NCBI GenBank assembly: GCA_963748825.1
Contig: CAVVKN010000022.1
Coordinates: forward strand, 96,001 to 160,000
Length of the DNA: 64,000 bases
Reading direction: 5' to 3'
Origin: Methanotrichaceae archaeon
GTDB taxonomy: Archaea; Halobacteriota; Methanosarcinia; Methanotrichales; Methanotrichaceae
In this document: positions 31,020-40,290 of the stretch, piece by piece
Position numbering within the stretch: position 1 is the first letter of the stretch
Layout of the letters: the number at the start of each line of letters is the position of its first letter
The notes under the pieces: model-generated
The model's input: only the letters and a program-made list of their open reading frames with translations
Told to the model about the DNA's origin: nothing
The model's database searches: none
Program-made: the position numbers and the translations under genes

Positions 31020-32330
31020 CTATCCGCCTTTCAAACTTTTCACTCTCGTGAAGATCTGCTTCATGGTATCCTCGTTGCTCTCGGTGAAGGGAAAAGGCGA
31101 TCTTGTGAAGGGCTGGAAGTAGATTGGAACATCGTCCAGGCGGTAGAAGGTCCCGTCACACTCCATGGCATCAATCACGCCCGGCAGAACTACGTCGGAG
31201 AGCATAGTAGTAGGACAGGGTGCGATATCGATACAGGCCACTGGAATCTCGGCTAAATACTCAGCACAGGCCGCCGGAAAATGCGAGACCAGATCGGCGG
31301 AGACTATCAAAACAGCATCTATATCTCTTTCTCGGAGCAGGTCGACCGCGGTATACTCGCCCGGGTTGTAGCGAGGATAGCCGCGGGAGAAATCCAGGCC
31401 GAAAGGAAAGCCATAGAGATAGGAGGCGATCTGGTTGAAGCCAGCCACATTGCAATGACCCCGCAGGGCACCGATCACGAATTTGGTGTGAGCATTCAGC
31501 TCTTTTACCAAATTGAAAGCAGCTTCTGCGTTGCGATGTTTGCCATAGGATGAGGCGATCCCCAGGCCCACATAGATGGACCCAAAGTTGCAGCTCTTCA
31601 TCAGCTCAAGCATCTCTTCCATCTGGACGATGGAGACGCCGGTTACCTTTTCCACTGAGGGATGGGGCCTCTTGCCGTGCAAGAGTGTAAGCAGAGCTGA
31701 CAATAGCTCGTAATCGGTATTAGGACGAAGCTGGATATGCAGATCGGAATTTTCCGCAGTGATGCTCTTTCTCGGATCGACGGTGATGATGGTGCGATCA
31801 AACCGACCCCGCCTCGTCCAATAGCCTCGCGGGTAAACGGCATATCGGGACATGTGTCTGGGCATAGACTCCAGGGGATTTGAGCCCCAGTAGACGGCCA
31901 GGTCGGCTCTCGATTTGCTCTGGCCGGCGGTGGCGCCCACGCGCCCCGCTTCCTGGATGCCCATAGCTGTGGGCCCGTGACAGACGGTGGAGTTGGAATC
32001 AACGACTGCGCCCAGGAACTCGCCCAGATGCAGGCCCACCTCCATGGCCTCGCAGGAGGTCTCGCTGCCCATGAAGATCAGAGGGCGCTTGGCTCTCACC
32101 AGGATCTCCGCCGCCCTCTCAATGGCCTGCTCCCACGGGGCAGGCCGAAATGCCCCATTCTCCCTGAGGAGAGGCTGGCGGATTCTGTGGCTGCTTACGA
32201 TCTCCTGGAACTTGGCATTGCCCATCTTGCAGGCATTCCTTACTTCAATGCTATCGCCGGAAAGCTCCACCTGTATGTCGTCGCAGGAGGCCCCGCAGAC
32301 CGGACAGACGATGTTCTTAGAGGCTGCCAT
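31020..32330 (-). CDS. fmdB: Formylmethanofuran dehydrogenase subunit B (Cys form)
   Basis: CPVCGASCDDI, STVCHGP, WGSNP..SMPRH, RGHCNV and GTFYRLD. Confidence 0.96.
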   Translation of the reverse strand: MAASKNIVCPVCGASCDDIQVELSGDSIEVRNACKMGNAKFQEIVSSHRIRQPLLRENGAFRPAPWEQAIERAAEILVRAKRPLIFMGSETSCEAMEVGLHLGEFLGAVVDSNSTVCHGPTAMGIQEAGRVGATAGQSKSRADLAVYWGSNPLESMPRHMSRYAVYPRGYWTRRGRFDRTIITVDPRKSITAENSDLHIQLRPNTDYELLSALLTLLHGKRPHPSVEKVTGVSIVQMEEMLELMKSCNFGSIYVGLGIASSYGKHRNAEAAFNLVKELNAHTKFVIGALRGHCNVAGFNQIASYLYGFPFGLDFSRGYPRYNPGEYTAVDLLRERDIDAVLIVSADLVSHFPAACAEYLAEIPVACIDIAPCPTTMLSDVVLPGVIDAMECDGTFYRLDDVPIYFQPFTRSPFPFTESNEDTMKQIFTRVKSLKGG

Positions 32331-32335
32331 CTAAC

Positions 32336-32776
32336 TCATCTGCCCCTTGCATAAAGCTTCATGGTGAGATCGCCTGCATCCAATACTTCTTCCAATGTTG
32401 GCTGCACCCGCACGGGAGAGCCTTTGTAGAGGGGCGAGCCGGTGGAGAATGTTTCCGGGTCCACCACCACATTGGCCCAAATCGCCCGGGGCATGAAGAT
32501 CTGACCCGGCGTTGCAGAGTCCGCCGCATAGGCATAGACCGCTACAGCGTGCCGGCCGTCCATGGTGGATACCAATACCCTTTGCGGCGATCCCAGAGCC
32601 TGATAATCCACAGGATTCATCTCGCAAACGGCACATTCCTGGGTGTACTCCTCGGTGAGCTTGCTTCCGCCTTTGGCCAGCCTGCCCTCCTCAATGGTGC
32701 TTCCGGTATTAAGCAGAAACTCTATCATACTCTCTGCCACTCCTGAAAAATCAGCGAAATTGAGCATTGCCTGCAT
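32336..32776 (-). CDS. fmdD: Formylmethanofuran dehydrogenase subunit D (start possibly 32728)
   Basis: LNTGSTIEEG..AKGGSK, FMPRAIWAN and TGSPLYKG; operon context. Confidence 0.92.
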   Translation of the reverse strand: MQAMLNFADFSGVAESMIEFLLNTGSTIEEGRLAKGGSKLTEEYTQECAVCEMNPVDYQALGSPQRVLVSTMDGRHAVAVYAYAADSATPGQIFMPRAIWANVVVDPETFSTGSPLYKGSPVRVQPTLEEVLDAGDLTMKLYARGR

Positions 32777-32779
32777 CTT

Positions 32780-33574
32780 CTAGCCCTCCCTGCAGTAGAG
32801 CGAACCTTTGGGATTCTTGCCGAGAGCATAGTCTCCTGTAAACTTGGCATACCATCCCTCTAGCTGCACTTCTCCCAGCTTTGGATTTTCTTCCCGGCCT
32901 GCCTCTATAAAACCGGGAGAAAACTGCCTTATCTCTCCGCAGACTGCGATAGTCCCTCCATTCATCTCCGCCCCGGTACCGCGCACAGCAGATCCCATTA
33001 CTGCTATGAGCCCGCCGCTCTGACGAATGCCGCAGAAGTTCTCCACATTGCCGGCGACTACTATCTGCCCTCCGGCCAGTCCTCCTCCCAGCTGGCTTCT
33101 GGCGCTGCCGTCTATCCTTATCTGGCCGCCTGTCATGCCCCGCCAGCTTCCTCGGTAGGCAGAGCCGACGTGATCTCCGGCGCTTCCGGCAATGTGCAGC
33201 AGTCCGCCCTTCATCTCCCTGGCCGCCCAGGAGCCGGCATCGCCCTGCACGAGGATGCTGCCTCCTGCCATCTCTGCACCCAGGTGCATGCCCGCCGAGC
33301 CGTGGACCTCTATCCTGCCCGCCTTCATGCCCTCGCCGATGCGTTTGATCCTGGAGACATCCCCTTCAATGAGGATGCTAGTCTCTTCAGGCGTGCCCAT
33401 CCCGTTCACATCCACATCGAAAAACTCGCTTAAAGGAAGTTGCACAGGTCCCTGCCAGACGAGCAGCCCTTCAATTTCCTCCTTTTTCTTTCCAGCGAAA
33501 ATATCAGGTCTGATGACCTCTGCCTCAACCATGATTGCTATGCTGCCCTTGGATCTGAGAATGATCTCTGCCAT
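32780..33574 (-). CDS. fmdC: Formylmethanofuran dehydrogenase subunit C
   Basis: GXGXG beta-helix repeats (IGEGMKAG, GSAYRGSWRGMTGG). Confidence 0.96.
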   Translation of the reverse strand: MAEIILRSKGSIAIMVEAEVIRPDIFAGKKKEEIEGLLVWQGPVQLPLSEFFDVDVNGMGTPEETSILIEGDVSRIKRIGEGMKAGRIEVHGSAGMHLGAEMAGGSILVQGDAGSWAAREMKGGLLHIAGSAGDHVGSAYRGSWRGMTGGQIRIDGSARSQLGGGLAGGQIVVAGNVENFCGIRQSGGLIAVMGSAVRGTGAEMNGGTIAVCGEIRQFSPGFIEAGREENPKLGEVQLEGWYAKFTGDYALGKNPKGSLYCREG

Positions 33575-33578
33575 ACCT

Positions 33579-35369
33579 TCACCTCCTCACCAGGGTCTCT
33601 GCCCCCGGGGGCTTGTTGACCGGGATGGCTACGGGATTTTTCAGATATTTATCCGGCACAGGATAGTTGGCAAAGCCTACGGTGTAGTACTTGAACCAGT
33701 CCTTGACATCAGCGAGCATATCCTTTTCCAGGGCATCGTCAACATAAGGCCGGCAATAGTACCTCCTGCCCTCTGGCACAGCCACGATCTCACCCCGCCT
33801 GGCCACGATCCGGCCATCCTTCACGGTGTAATCCGGCCGGGCCAGCTTAGCTGTCAAGGCCACCGTATCATTCAGATTCAGCTTTCCCGGGTCGATATCG
33901 TAGACTGTCACATCCCCATCAGCTCCCAATCCCAGGTGGCCCTTGCGATAGGCCATGCCGATGGTGCGGGCAGGGTTGGCGCGGGTGACAATGGCTATCT
34001 CGTAGAGACTCATCTCCCGGTCCACGCCGCCAAGGCTTGATTTGTCGTAGGCCCACTTATGGCATTCCTTAGCCGTGTCGTCCCTGGCCTTCTTGGACAT
34101 GAGCCAGGTGATAAGTTGCGGATATTGAGTGAAAATACCGCCGTTGGGGTGATCGGTGGTCATAATTGTCTTCCAGGGATCGTTAATGAGCAGCATTACT
34201 TCAAGGCCTATGGCCCACTGCACGCTGTGCACCGGGCTGCTCTTCATGTAAACCAGCGAGAGAACGCCTGAACCGCATTCCAGTTCCACGTCGCAATTGG
34301 ACCATTTCTGGCCGGTGATCATGTAGAGATCATGCTGCCCCGGGCCGTCGCCGGTCATAGTTGTGGCCGGGCCGAAGGGAACTGAGCCGCTGTCGATCAC
34401 CACGTCGTCAACCTGGTTTATGTACCTGGCCAACTCTGGCGCGCCGGAGCAAAAGTCCCTCCAGGATGTGCCGCCGTAGGCGCTGAACTGGGCGTGGGCT
34501 AAGTAGACGGACTGCTTTCTTCGGGCGCTTTCTTTGGTCTCTGCCCACTGCAGCTCCGACTTGTTCTTAGGCTCGATTCCTGAGGGAATCATGAGCGAGT
34601 CCCTGGCAATCTCCCAGTTGCCGGGATGGCCCAGGTTATTGGTATGCAGATGTAAAGACATGGGCAGGCCCAGCATCTCATTGACCTCTGCCAGGCCACG
34701 GATGAGCTCTCTTGGCGTTACCTCGAAATGAATGTTGGGCTCATCCAGGCCGTGCACGTTTTTGGCCCAGCCCCAGTTCTCCACCCCGGCCGGGTTGACG
34801 CATTTGATGCCGTAGGCCTTGTGTGTCCTCATCATCCAGGCCACGTAGGCGGCTGCCTTCTCGACATCACCCTCTTTCAGGTAACGCATGACAAACCAGT
34901 TATTGCCCAAAACCATGTAAGCGCCCATATCCAGAATGGGAGTGGAGCGCATCTCCTCATGGGTATGGCGGGCTTCCAGGGGAGGCATGGCAGCCTCAAA
35001 GACGGTGGTGTAGCCCATGGCTGCGTAATCATAACCCTGCTTGTAAACGGAAGGGACAGTGTAGCCGCTGCCGCAGTGGGTGATCCCAGTCTTCGCCCGC
35101 ACCGATTTATAGTGATCCTCAGGACGCATGAGCCGGCCAGCGTTGACCTTAGCTCCGGCCACATGGGAGTGGGAGTCCACACCTCCAGGCATGACCGTCT
35201 TTCCGGCTGCATCTATGATCGTGGCATCCCTGATTTCTGGGCCAGTGAGGCTGGAGACCACCTTTCCATCCCTTATGAAAATGTCCTTAATATCCCCGTT
35301 TATTCCATTGAGGGGATCGAATACGTAGCCATTTTTGATAATAGTCGTACTAGAAGTAGTCGCGTTCAT
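33579..35369 (-). CDS. fmdA: Formylmethanofuran dehydrogenase subunit A
   Basis: GGVDSHSHVAG, ARHTHEE, KCVNPAG, HLHTNNLG and TTDHPNGG. Confidence 0.97.
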   Translation of the reverse strand: MNATTSSTTIIKNGYVFDPLNGINGDIKDIFIRDGKVVSSLTGPEIRDATIIDAAGKTVMPGGVDSHSHVAGAKVNAGRLMRPEDHYKSVRAKTGITHCGSGYTVPSVYKQGYDYAAMGYTTVFEAAMPPLEARHTHEEMRSTPILDMGAYMVLGNNWFVMRYLKEGDVEKAAAYVAWMMRTHKAYGIKCVNPAGVENWGWAKNVHGLDEPNIHFEVTPRELIRGLAEVNEMLGLPMSLHLHTNNLGHPGNWEIARDSLMIPSGIEPKNKSELQWAETKESARRKQSVYLAHAQFSAYGGTSWRDFCSGAPELARYINQVDDVVIDSGSVPFGPATTMTGDGPGQHDLYMITGQKWSNCDVELECGSGVLSLVYMKSSPVHSVQWAIGLEVMLLINDPWKTIMTTDHPNGGIFTQYPQLITWLMSKKARDDTAKECHKWAYDKSSLGGVDREMSLYEIAIVTRANPARTIGMAYRKGHLGLGADGDVTVYDIDPGKLNLNDTVALTAKLARPDYTVKDGRIVARRGEIVAVPEGRRYYCRPYVDDALEKDMLADVKDWFKYYTVGFANYPVPDKYLKNPVAIPVNKPPGAETLVRR

Positions 35370-35370
35370 T

Positions 35371-36399
35371 TTAGGCCACCTCCCTTCGCTCCAGCCATAT
35401 GGCCTGCACCGGGCAGATCATACTGCAGGTGGCGCAGGAGCCGCAGACCTCCTGATTCACAACTCGGACGGTGCCATTCAATACCTCAAGCAGCGGTTTT
35501 TCATCCAGCTCATTGAGGTGCCCGGCGGCCAGATAGGGATCGGAGAGGGCATTGACCGGACAGGCAATGACGCAATTTCCGCAGCCAAGACAGGCATCCT
35601 GGTCAGTCTTGAGAATTGAGGTCAATGTGGGCAGGGGAGCGGGAAGGGTCAGTTTCTTCTCCAGAGCCTTCTTTCCCTTCATCTCCGGGATGATGGCGGT
35701 CTTCTGAACGGTGATGGCTCGTACCGGACAGGCCTCTTCGCAGGCCCCGCAGTAGATGCAGGCATCCTTTCTGTGGGTCACCTTCTCCACGATCTCGCCT
35801 GGCCCCCACTCTCTATTGAAGAGGGCATTGGCGGGGCAAGTGTGAACGCATGTCCGGCAAGCCTGGCAGACGCTGTCGTTTCGGGAAAACTGGCCGGCAA
35901 ATGGCTTTTGGAAGGTTATGGCTCCTGCAGGGCAGACCTGGGCGCACCAGCCGCAATGAACGCACCGGTTCAGGTCGATGACGGTCTTTCCTTCCATCCT
36001 CAAGCTGCCGTCTTCAGACAGGTGCCTGTCCTTTATCTCAATGCAGGACTGCGGGCAGACATCAACACAAAGGCCGCAGTGCACGCATCTCTCGTTTACA
36101 GTCGTAGCCTGCAGGGCCACGCTGAGATAGGATTCGTCCTTCTCAGCCTTGCCCGCCGTCCTGACCTCCAGGGCACCAGTGGGACAGACACGGGCGCATA
36201 GAGCGCACAAGACGCACGTTCCGCTTCTTCTCTTTTCAATAAAATCTTTATCAATCAGCCCGCGAGCCACAGCGCCCACGGAGCCGATGACAAGCTCCCC
36301 CTTGGGGCAGATCTGGACACATGATCCACAGCCGATGCACTTCTCCGGCAGATAGACATGCTGCTTGTCCTCTCTGGATTCCAGCAATACCTCTCTCAT
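35371..36399 (-). CDS. fmdF: Formylmethanofuran dehydrogenase polyferredoxin subunit F
   Basis: Eight CxxCxxCxxxCP motifs; first gene of the FACDB operon. Likely start is ATG 36399. Confidence 0.92.
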   Translation of the reverse strand: MREVLLESREDKQHVYLPEKCIGCGSCVQICPKGELVIGSVGAVARGLIDKDFIEKRRSGTCVLCALCARVCPTGALEVRTAGKAEKDESYLSVALQATTVNERCVHCGLCVDVCPQSCIEIKDRHLSEDGSLRMEGKTVIDLNRCVHCGWCAQVCPAGAITFQKPFAGQFSRNDSVCQACRTCVHTCPANALFNREWGPGEIVEKVTHRKDACIYCGACEEACPVRAITVQKTAIIPEMKGKKALEKKLTLPAPLPTLTSILKTDQDACLGCGNCVIACPVNALSDPYLAAGHLNELDEKPLLEVLNGTVRVVNQEVCGSCATCSMICPVQAIWLERREVA

Positions 36400-36520
36400 C
36401 CGACACCCTGCCTGAGGGCGAGGCTTTGAAGCAGATGAGATAAAGAGGTTTTGCATGAACACTTATGAATTAGATCATAGTTAACATTTATGCTTACTAT
36501 GAGCTGAATGATTGATTGAA

Positions 36521-36534
36521 AAAACTTCTTAAGC
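36521..36534 (+). promoter_or_regulatory. BRE/TATA-like motif AAAACTTCTTAAGC
   Basis: Ends 21 nt upstream of ATG 36556. An identical 14-mer lies on the minus strand at 42982-42995, upstream of fmdE. Confidence 0.45.
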
Positions 36535-36555
36535 GTACAGGCGTATTTCTTTCTC

Positions 36556-37425
36556 ATGTTCTTGCTTGGGGAATACTACGAGGATGAGGCCAGATATATC
36601 GCCGATTGTCTTAAGGAAGTAGGGATGAAGGTGGATATTAGAACCTTCACCGCTAGCCGGCTGGAGGTCTTCCATTACCTGGAGGGCCGCATGAGTGTGC
36701 TGAAAGGGAAACTGGAGGAAACTGATTATGCAAGGTACGAGCGATACCTAAATGCCCTGCGAAAGGTTCTGGCGGCAGGCGCCGGACCAGAGGACTTCGG
36801 CGAGAGGTTTCATCTGGAGCTCGACCCGCAGATAAACGAAAAGAGATCGCAGTTCGCTGAGATATTGAAAGCCGATCTACCCGAGGAAGAGAGAGAAGCG
36901 AAAATGAAGGCCTTTACGGGCATAAGGGCGGATCTGCTGGATGTGTACGATGCCGAGTCCTTCATCGACACAGTTCTGGACCGAAACGACATCGAGGTCG
37001 GTGAAGATGTGGGCAGCAAGCTGGATGATCCTATTCTGCGCGTCATTGATGAGAGGGAAAATCTGGAGGAAGAGAGCGAGCTGGCCAGGACGACCACAGT
37101 CTTCACGGTTGAGCCGAGGGCCCAGGTTTTTGTCGACGAATTCTATGCTGTGCTGGCTGAGGACCTGGATGATGAGTTTGAAGATGAATATGAACGGGAG
37201 TATCTGTGCCTTGTCTTTTTGGGAAAGCTGATCTCCGACCTGAAAGAGCCGTCACCGGGAAAGGTAGACCTGGAAGCTTTCCGGGAGAGATGCGAATTTG
37301 AGATGGAGAAGAACGGAGATCTATTGGAGATAAACGGCAGGATGGCGGCGGCGGAGCTGGCCAGGTCGCTGGAGAAGAACGGGATAATAAAGGTCAAGGG
37401 CGATAGCATCAAGTGGAAGCGGTAA
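36556..37425 (+). CDS. Acidic hypothetical protein with possible C-terminal winged helix
   Basis: 289-aa ORF with host-like codon usage, very D/E-rich, ending ARSLEKNGIIKVKGDSIKW. Confidence 0.8.
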   Translation: MFLLGEYYEDEARYIADCLKEVGMKVDIRTFTASRLEVFHYLEGRMSVLKGKLEETDYARYERYLNALRKVLAAGAGPEDFGERFHLELDPQINEKRSQFAEILKADLPEEEREAKMKAFTGIRADLLDVYDAESFIDTVLDRNDIEVGEDVGSKLDDPILRVIDERENLEEESELARTTTVFTVEPRAQVFVDEFYAVLAEDLDDEFEDEYEREYLCLVFLGKLISDLKEPSPGKVDLEAFRERCEFEMEKNGDLLEINGRMAAAELARSLEKNGIIKVKGDSIKWKR

Positions 37426-37433
37426 GGTGAGAG

Positions 37434-37718
37434 ATGGCTTGCGTGGTGCAGGAGTACATTTTCGGAGCTATAACCATTGTGCAGCAGCTTGCTGCACAAA
37501 TTCCCAGGTTTCATGACTGTGTCTTGCTAGATAAGGTGAGACTTCATGAAGAACGCGTTGATATATCCGCCAGAACATCTCCTGTAGATGCAGCAGAAAT
37601 GTACTTGGTCCGCAAGATTGAGAGCAGCTTGCACGAGAGGCAGGAGCGAGCGCGGGGAGGGGCTCGCACCTCTAGCATGGATGATTGCCGAAACTGTTAT
37701 CTGGGAATTGAGAACTAA
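37434..37718 (+). pseudogene. Short, probably truncated or chimeric ORF
   Basis: Good RBS (GGTGAG) and ATG right after the upstream gene. The ORF ends at the junction with the low-GC SIR2 gene. Confidence 0.4.
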
Positions 37719-37726
37719 AATGAGCG

Positions 37727-39502
37727 ATGAAGTCTGGAGGCGGTACTTTGATTGATCCTTTAATTTCACTTGCATTCAGCGTATATTCTAACAAAGGTGT
37801 CTACGCCCTGCTTTTAGGTTCTGGGGTATCTCGCACCGCAGAGATTCCTACGAGCTGGGAGATCGTTACTGATCTTATCAGAAAGCTTGCAAAAGTCAAC
37901 GGAGAAGATTGCGAACCAGACCCTGCATTGTGGTATGAGGAGAAATATGAAGAGAAGCCAAGCTATTCAAGAATACTGAATGCATTGGCAGATACATCTT
38001 CAGAAAGAAATCAACTTCTCAAAGCATATTTCGAACCAACTGACGAAGAACGTGAGCAAGGGAAAAAGATCCCAACTGAAGCTCATAAAGCAATTGCTCA
38101 GTTAGTGGCAAAAGGATATATTCGCGTGATAATCACGACTAATTTTGATAGGTTGTTGGAAAGATCGTTAGAAGAAATCAGTTTAACACCGACAGTGATA
38201 AGCACACCAGATTCTGCTGAAGGCGCCTTGCCAATAGCACATTCAGCTTGCACAATAGTCAAAGTGCATGGAGATTACTTAGATACTCGGATCAAAAACA
38301 CAACAGAAGAGCTAGCAGAATATGATCCCAGAATCAATGTCATTCTGGACCGAGTTTTTGATGAATATGGTCTCATTATTTGTGGATGGTCTGCAGAATG
38401 GGATGAAGCATTGCGTGCAGCTATCTTGCGAAGCAAGAGCCGGAGATTTTCTACATACTTTACAATTAAGGGACATCTAGGAGAAAAGGCCAATCAATTG
38501 ATACAAGCGAAACAGGCAAAGGCTATAGATATCGAGAGTGCAGATAACCTATTTCAAGAACTCCATGAGAAAGTGCTTTCTTTGGAGGATTATAACAAGT
38601 CCCATCCACTCTCGTCAAAGCTTGCTGTCGCGAGTGAAAAACGCTATATTCTGGATGATCGGTACAAAATTCGTCTGCACGATTTAGTCATGCAGGAAAC
38701 GGAGAAAGCATATTTGGAGCTTAAGACCAAAAAGTTCCCAATCCAGGGTGTTAAATTTAGCCCAGAAGAATTAAAAAAAAGAGTTAAGACATATGAATCA
38801 ATAATCGAAATACTTCAAGCATTGCTCATCACTGGATGTTATTGGGGTTTAGATTCACAAACATACTTGTGGATGCAATCAATGGAGAGGATAGCAAATA
38901 TTGATAAGGACGGAAATGGATTAACAGTTTGGATAAATTTATCTGATTATCCATCGCTGTTGCTGCTATACAGTTGCGGGATAGCGTCAATTGCAGCCAA
39001 AAATTATGATACATTAGCAACTATACTTACAAAGGCAACTGTAAGAGAATATAATGAGACAGTTCCAATGGTTTTATCGATAAAAAGCCCGAAGGTTATG
39101 GAAACGGATGTCGGAAATATTCTATTAGGTGGAGAGCAGAAGTATTATGTTCCTGTTAGCGAACACCTTTTTGCTGTTTTGCGAGATCCTCTACGAGATA
39201 TTTTGCCGGATGATAGGAAATTTGAAAGTTGCTTTGATCGATTTGAATACCTCTTAGCTCTGATACATGCCGATCTAGAGGCAAAACGGAATCGGCGCTT
39301 TTGGGGTCCTATTGGTCGTTTTGGATGGAAGGCAAGCCGTTCAATGGAGCGGACCATCATAAAGGAGATTGAAGATGAGGCAACTGAAGCTAAGGATTCA
39401 TGGCCACCATTATCTGCAGGTCTTTTCGATGGATCTTTCAAGCGCTTTCTTGAAGTAAAAACTGCGTTTGATGAGATTATCGGAAAGCTCAGTTGGTGGT
39501 AA
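37727..39502 (+). CDS. SIR2-like (SIR2_2) domain protein, probable NADase defence effector
   Basis: LLLGSGVSR..IPT, IITTNFDRLLE, KVHGDY and ICGWSAEWD, followed by a ~300-aa unknown C-terminal domain. Visibly AT-richer than flanks. Alternative start TTG 37748 follows GGAGG. Confidence 0.88.
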   Translation: MKSGGGTLIDPLISLAFSVYSNKGVYALLLGSGVSRTAEIPTSWEIVTDLIRKLAKVNGEDCEPDPALWYEEKYEEKPSYSRILNALADTSSERNQLLKAYFEPTDEEREQGKKIPTEAHKAIAQLVAKGYIRVIITTNFDRLLERSLEEISLTPTVISTPDSAEGALPIAHSACTIVKVHGDYLDTRIKNTTEELAEYDPRINVILDRVFDEYGLIICGWSAEWDEALRAAILRSKSRRFSTYFTIKGHLGEKANQLIQAKQAKAIDIESADNLFQELHEKVLSLEDYNKSHPLSSKLAVASEKRYILDDRYKIRLHDLVMQETEKAYLELKTKKFPIQGVKFSPEELKKRVKTYESIIEILQALLITGCYWGLDSQTYLWMQSMERIANIDKDGNGLTVWINLSDYPSLLLLYSCGIASIAAKNYDTLATILTKATVREYNETVPMVLSIKSPKVMETDVGNILLGGEQKYYVPVSEHLFAVLRDPLRDILPDDRKFESCFDRFEYLLALIHADLEAKRNRRFWGPIGRFGWKASRSMERTIIKEIEDEATEAKDSWPPLSAGLFDGSFKRFLEVKTAFDEIIGKLSWW

Positions 39503-39562
39503 CGATTTAAGATTAGCCGCGATGCACTTGACATTTGTGGGGTCTTTGCCTGGCATTCAGAT

Positions 39563-39829
39563 TTATCGGCCCTGGATGTATCCCCTCTCCCGACGGAATG
39601 CATTCTGGACCCACACCACTTTATCCTCAACAAAATATTCGAACCTGTGTTCTCCAATTCTCAGACGATAAACGTCATGGGTCTTGCCTTTGAGCTTCTT
39701 GATATCAAGGCCGCTTCTGGAGGTGAAAGGGTCCTCACCCAGTCTCGCAAGTCCTTGCTTTAGCCTATCTTTTTCCCCGCTCTCATCCAGATACTTCTTT
39801 ACTCTGGGATGAACTCGAATGTCCATCAA
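39563..39829 (-). CDS. RelE/ParE family toxin
   Basis: VHPRVKKYL...LDIKKLKG...YRLRIGEHRFEY...RRERGY. Confidence 0.88.
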   Translation of the reverse strand: MMDIRVHPRVKKYLDESGEKDRLKQGLARLGEDPFTSRSGLDIKKLKGKTHDVYRLRIGEHRFEYFVEDKVVWVQNAFRRERGYIQGR

Positions 39830-40023
39830 GCTTCATCCAGGGGAATGTAATCCACTTTCTCTTTCTGTAGCAACTCCCATCTGGTTTCGATGATCTCTTC
39901 TAGATCCATCTCCTCAACGTATCTCATCAGCCGCTGCAGCAATTCCTCATCAGTTTCGCCGGTTCGGGCCAGAAGCTTGAAGCGGTCCCTAATGCCTTCA
40001 TTGACGTGAATCGTGGCGCCCAT
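39826..40023 (-). CDS. Antitoxin partner (DUF7557/RHH-like)
   Basis: MGATIHV...RDRFK...GETDEELLQRL with an acidic tail ending YIPLDEA; its stop overlaps the toxin start. Confidence 0.75.
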   Translation of the reverse strand: MGATIHVNEGIRDRFKLLARTGETDEELLQRLMRYVEEMDLEEIIETRWELLQKEKVDYIPLDEA

Positions 40024-40290
40024 GCGGATATACTTCATTATTATTATCAGTTAAATGTTTTCATCATTTGCTATTGACGCTCATTTCAATTCCTGGTCGA
40101 AGAAGTCTCTTGATCCTGCTCGGCTCTTTCGGCTGCACTATTCTCTCCTGCGCCGAAGTCGTCAGGACATCTCAGTGGTGCGGCTACGACAAGCGGCTTC
40201 ATGCCGTGCATCATCAGCGACTGCCGTCACAGTTCTGGAGCAGGCCGAACCGCTCTGCAAAGATTGGATGGATGAGGGCCAGCCAGCCCC

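Noticed and set aside
40165-40220. C/D box sRNA on the minus strand (CTGATGA...CTGA)
   Set aside because: No convincing C'/D' boxes, terminal stem or target; better explained as part of a scar.
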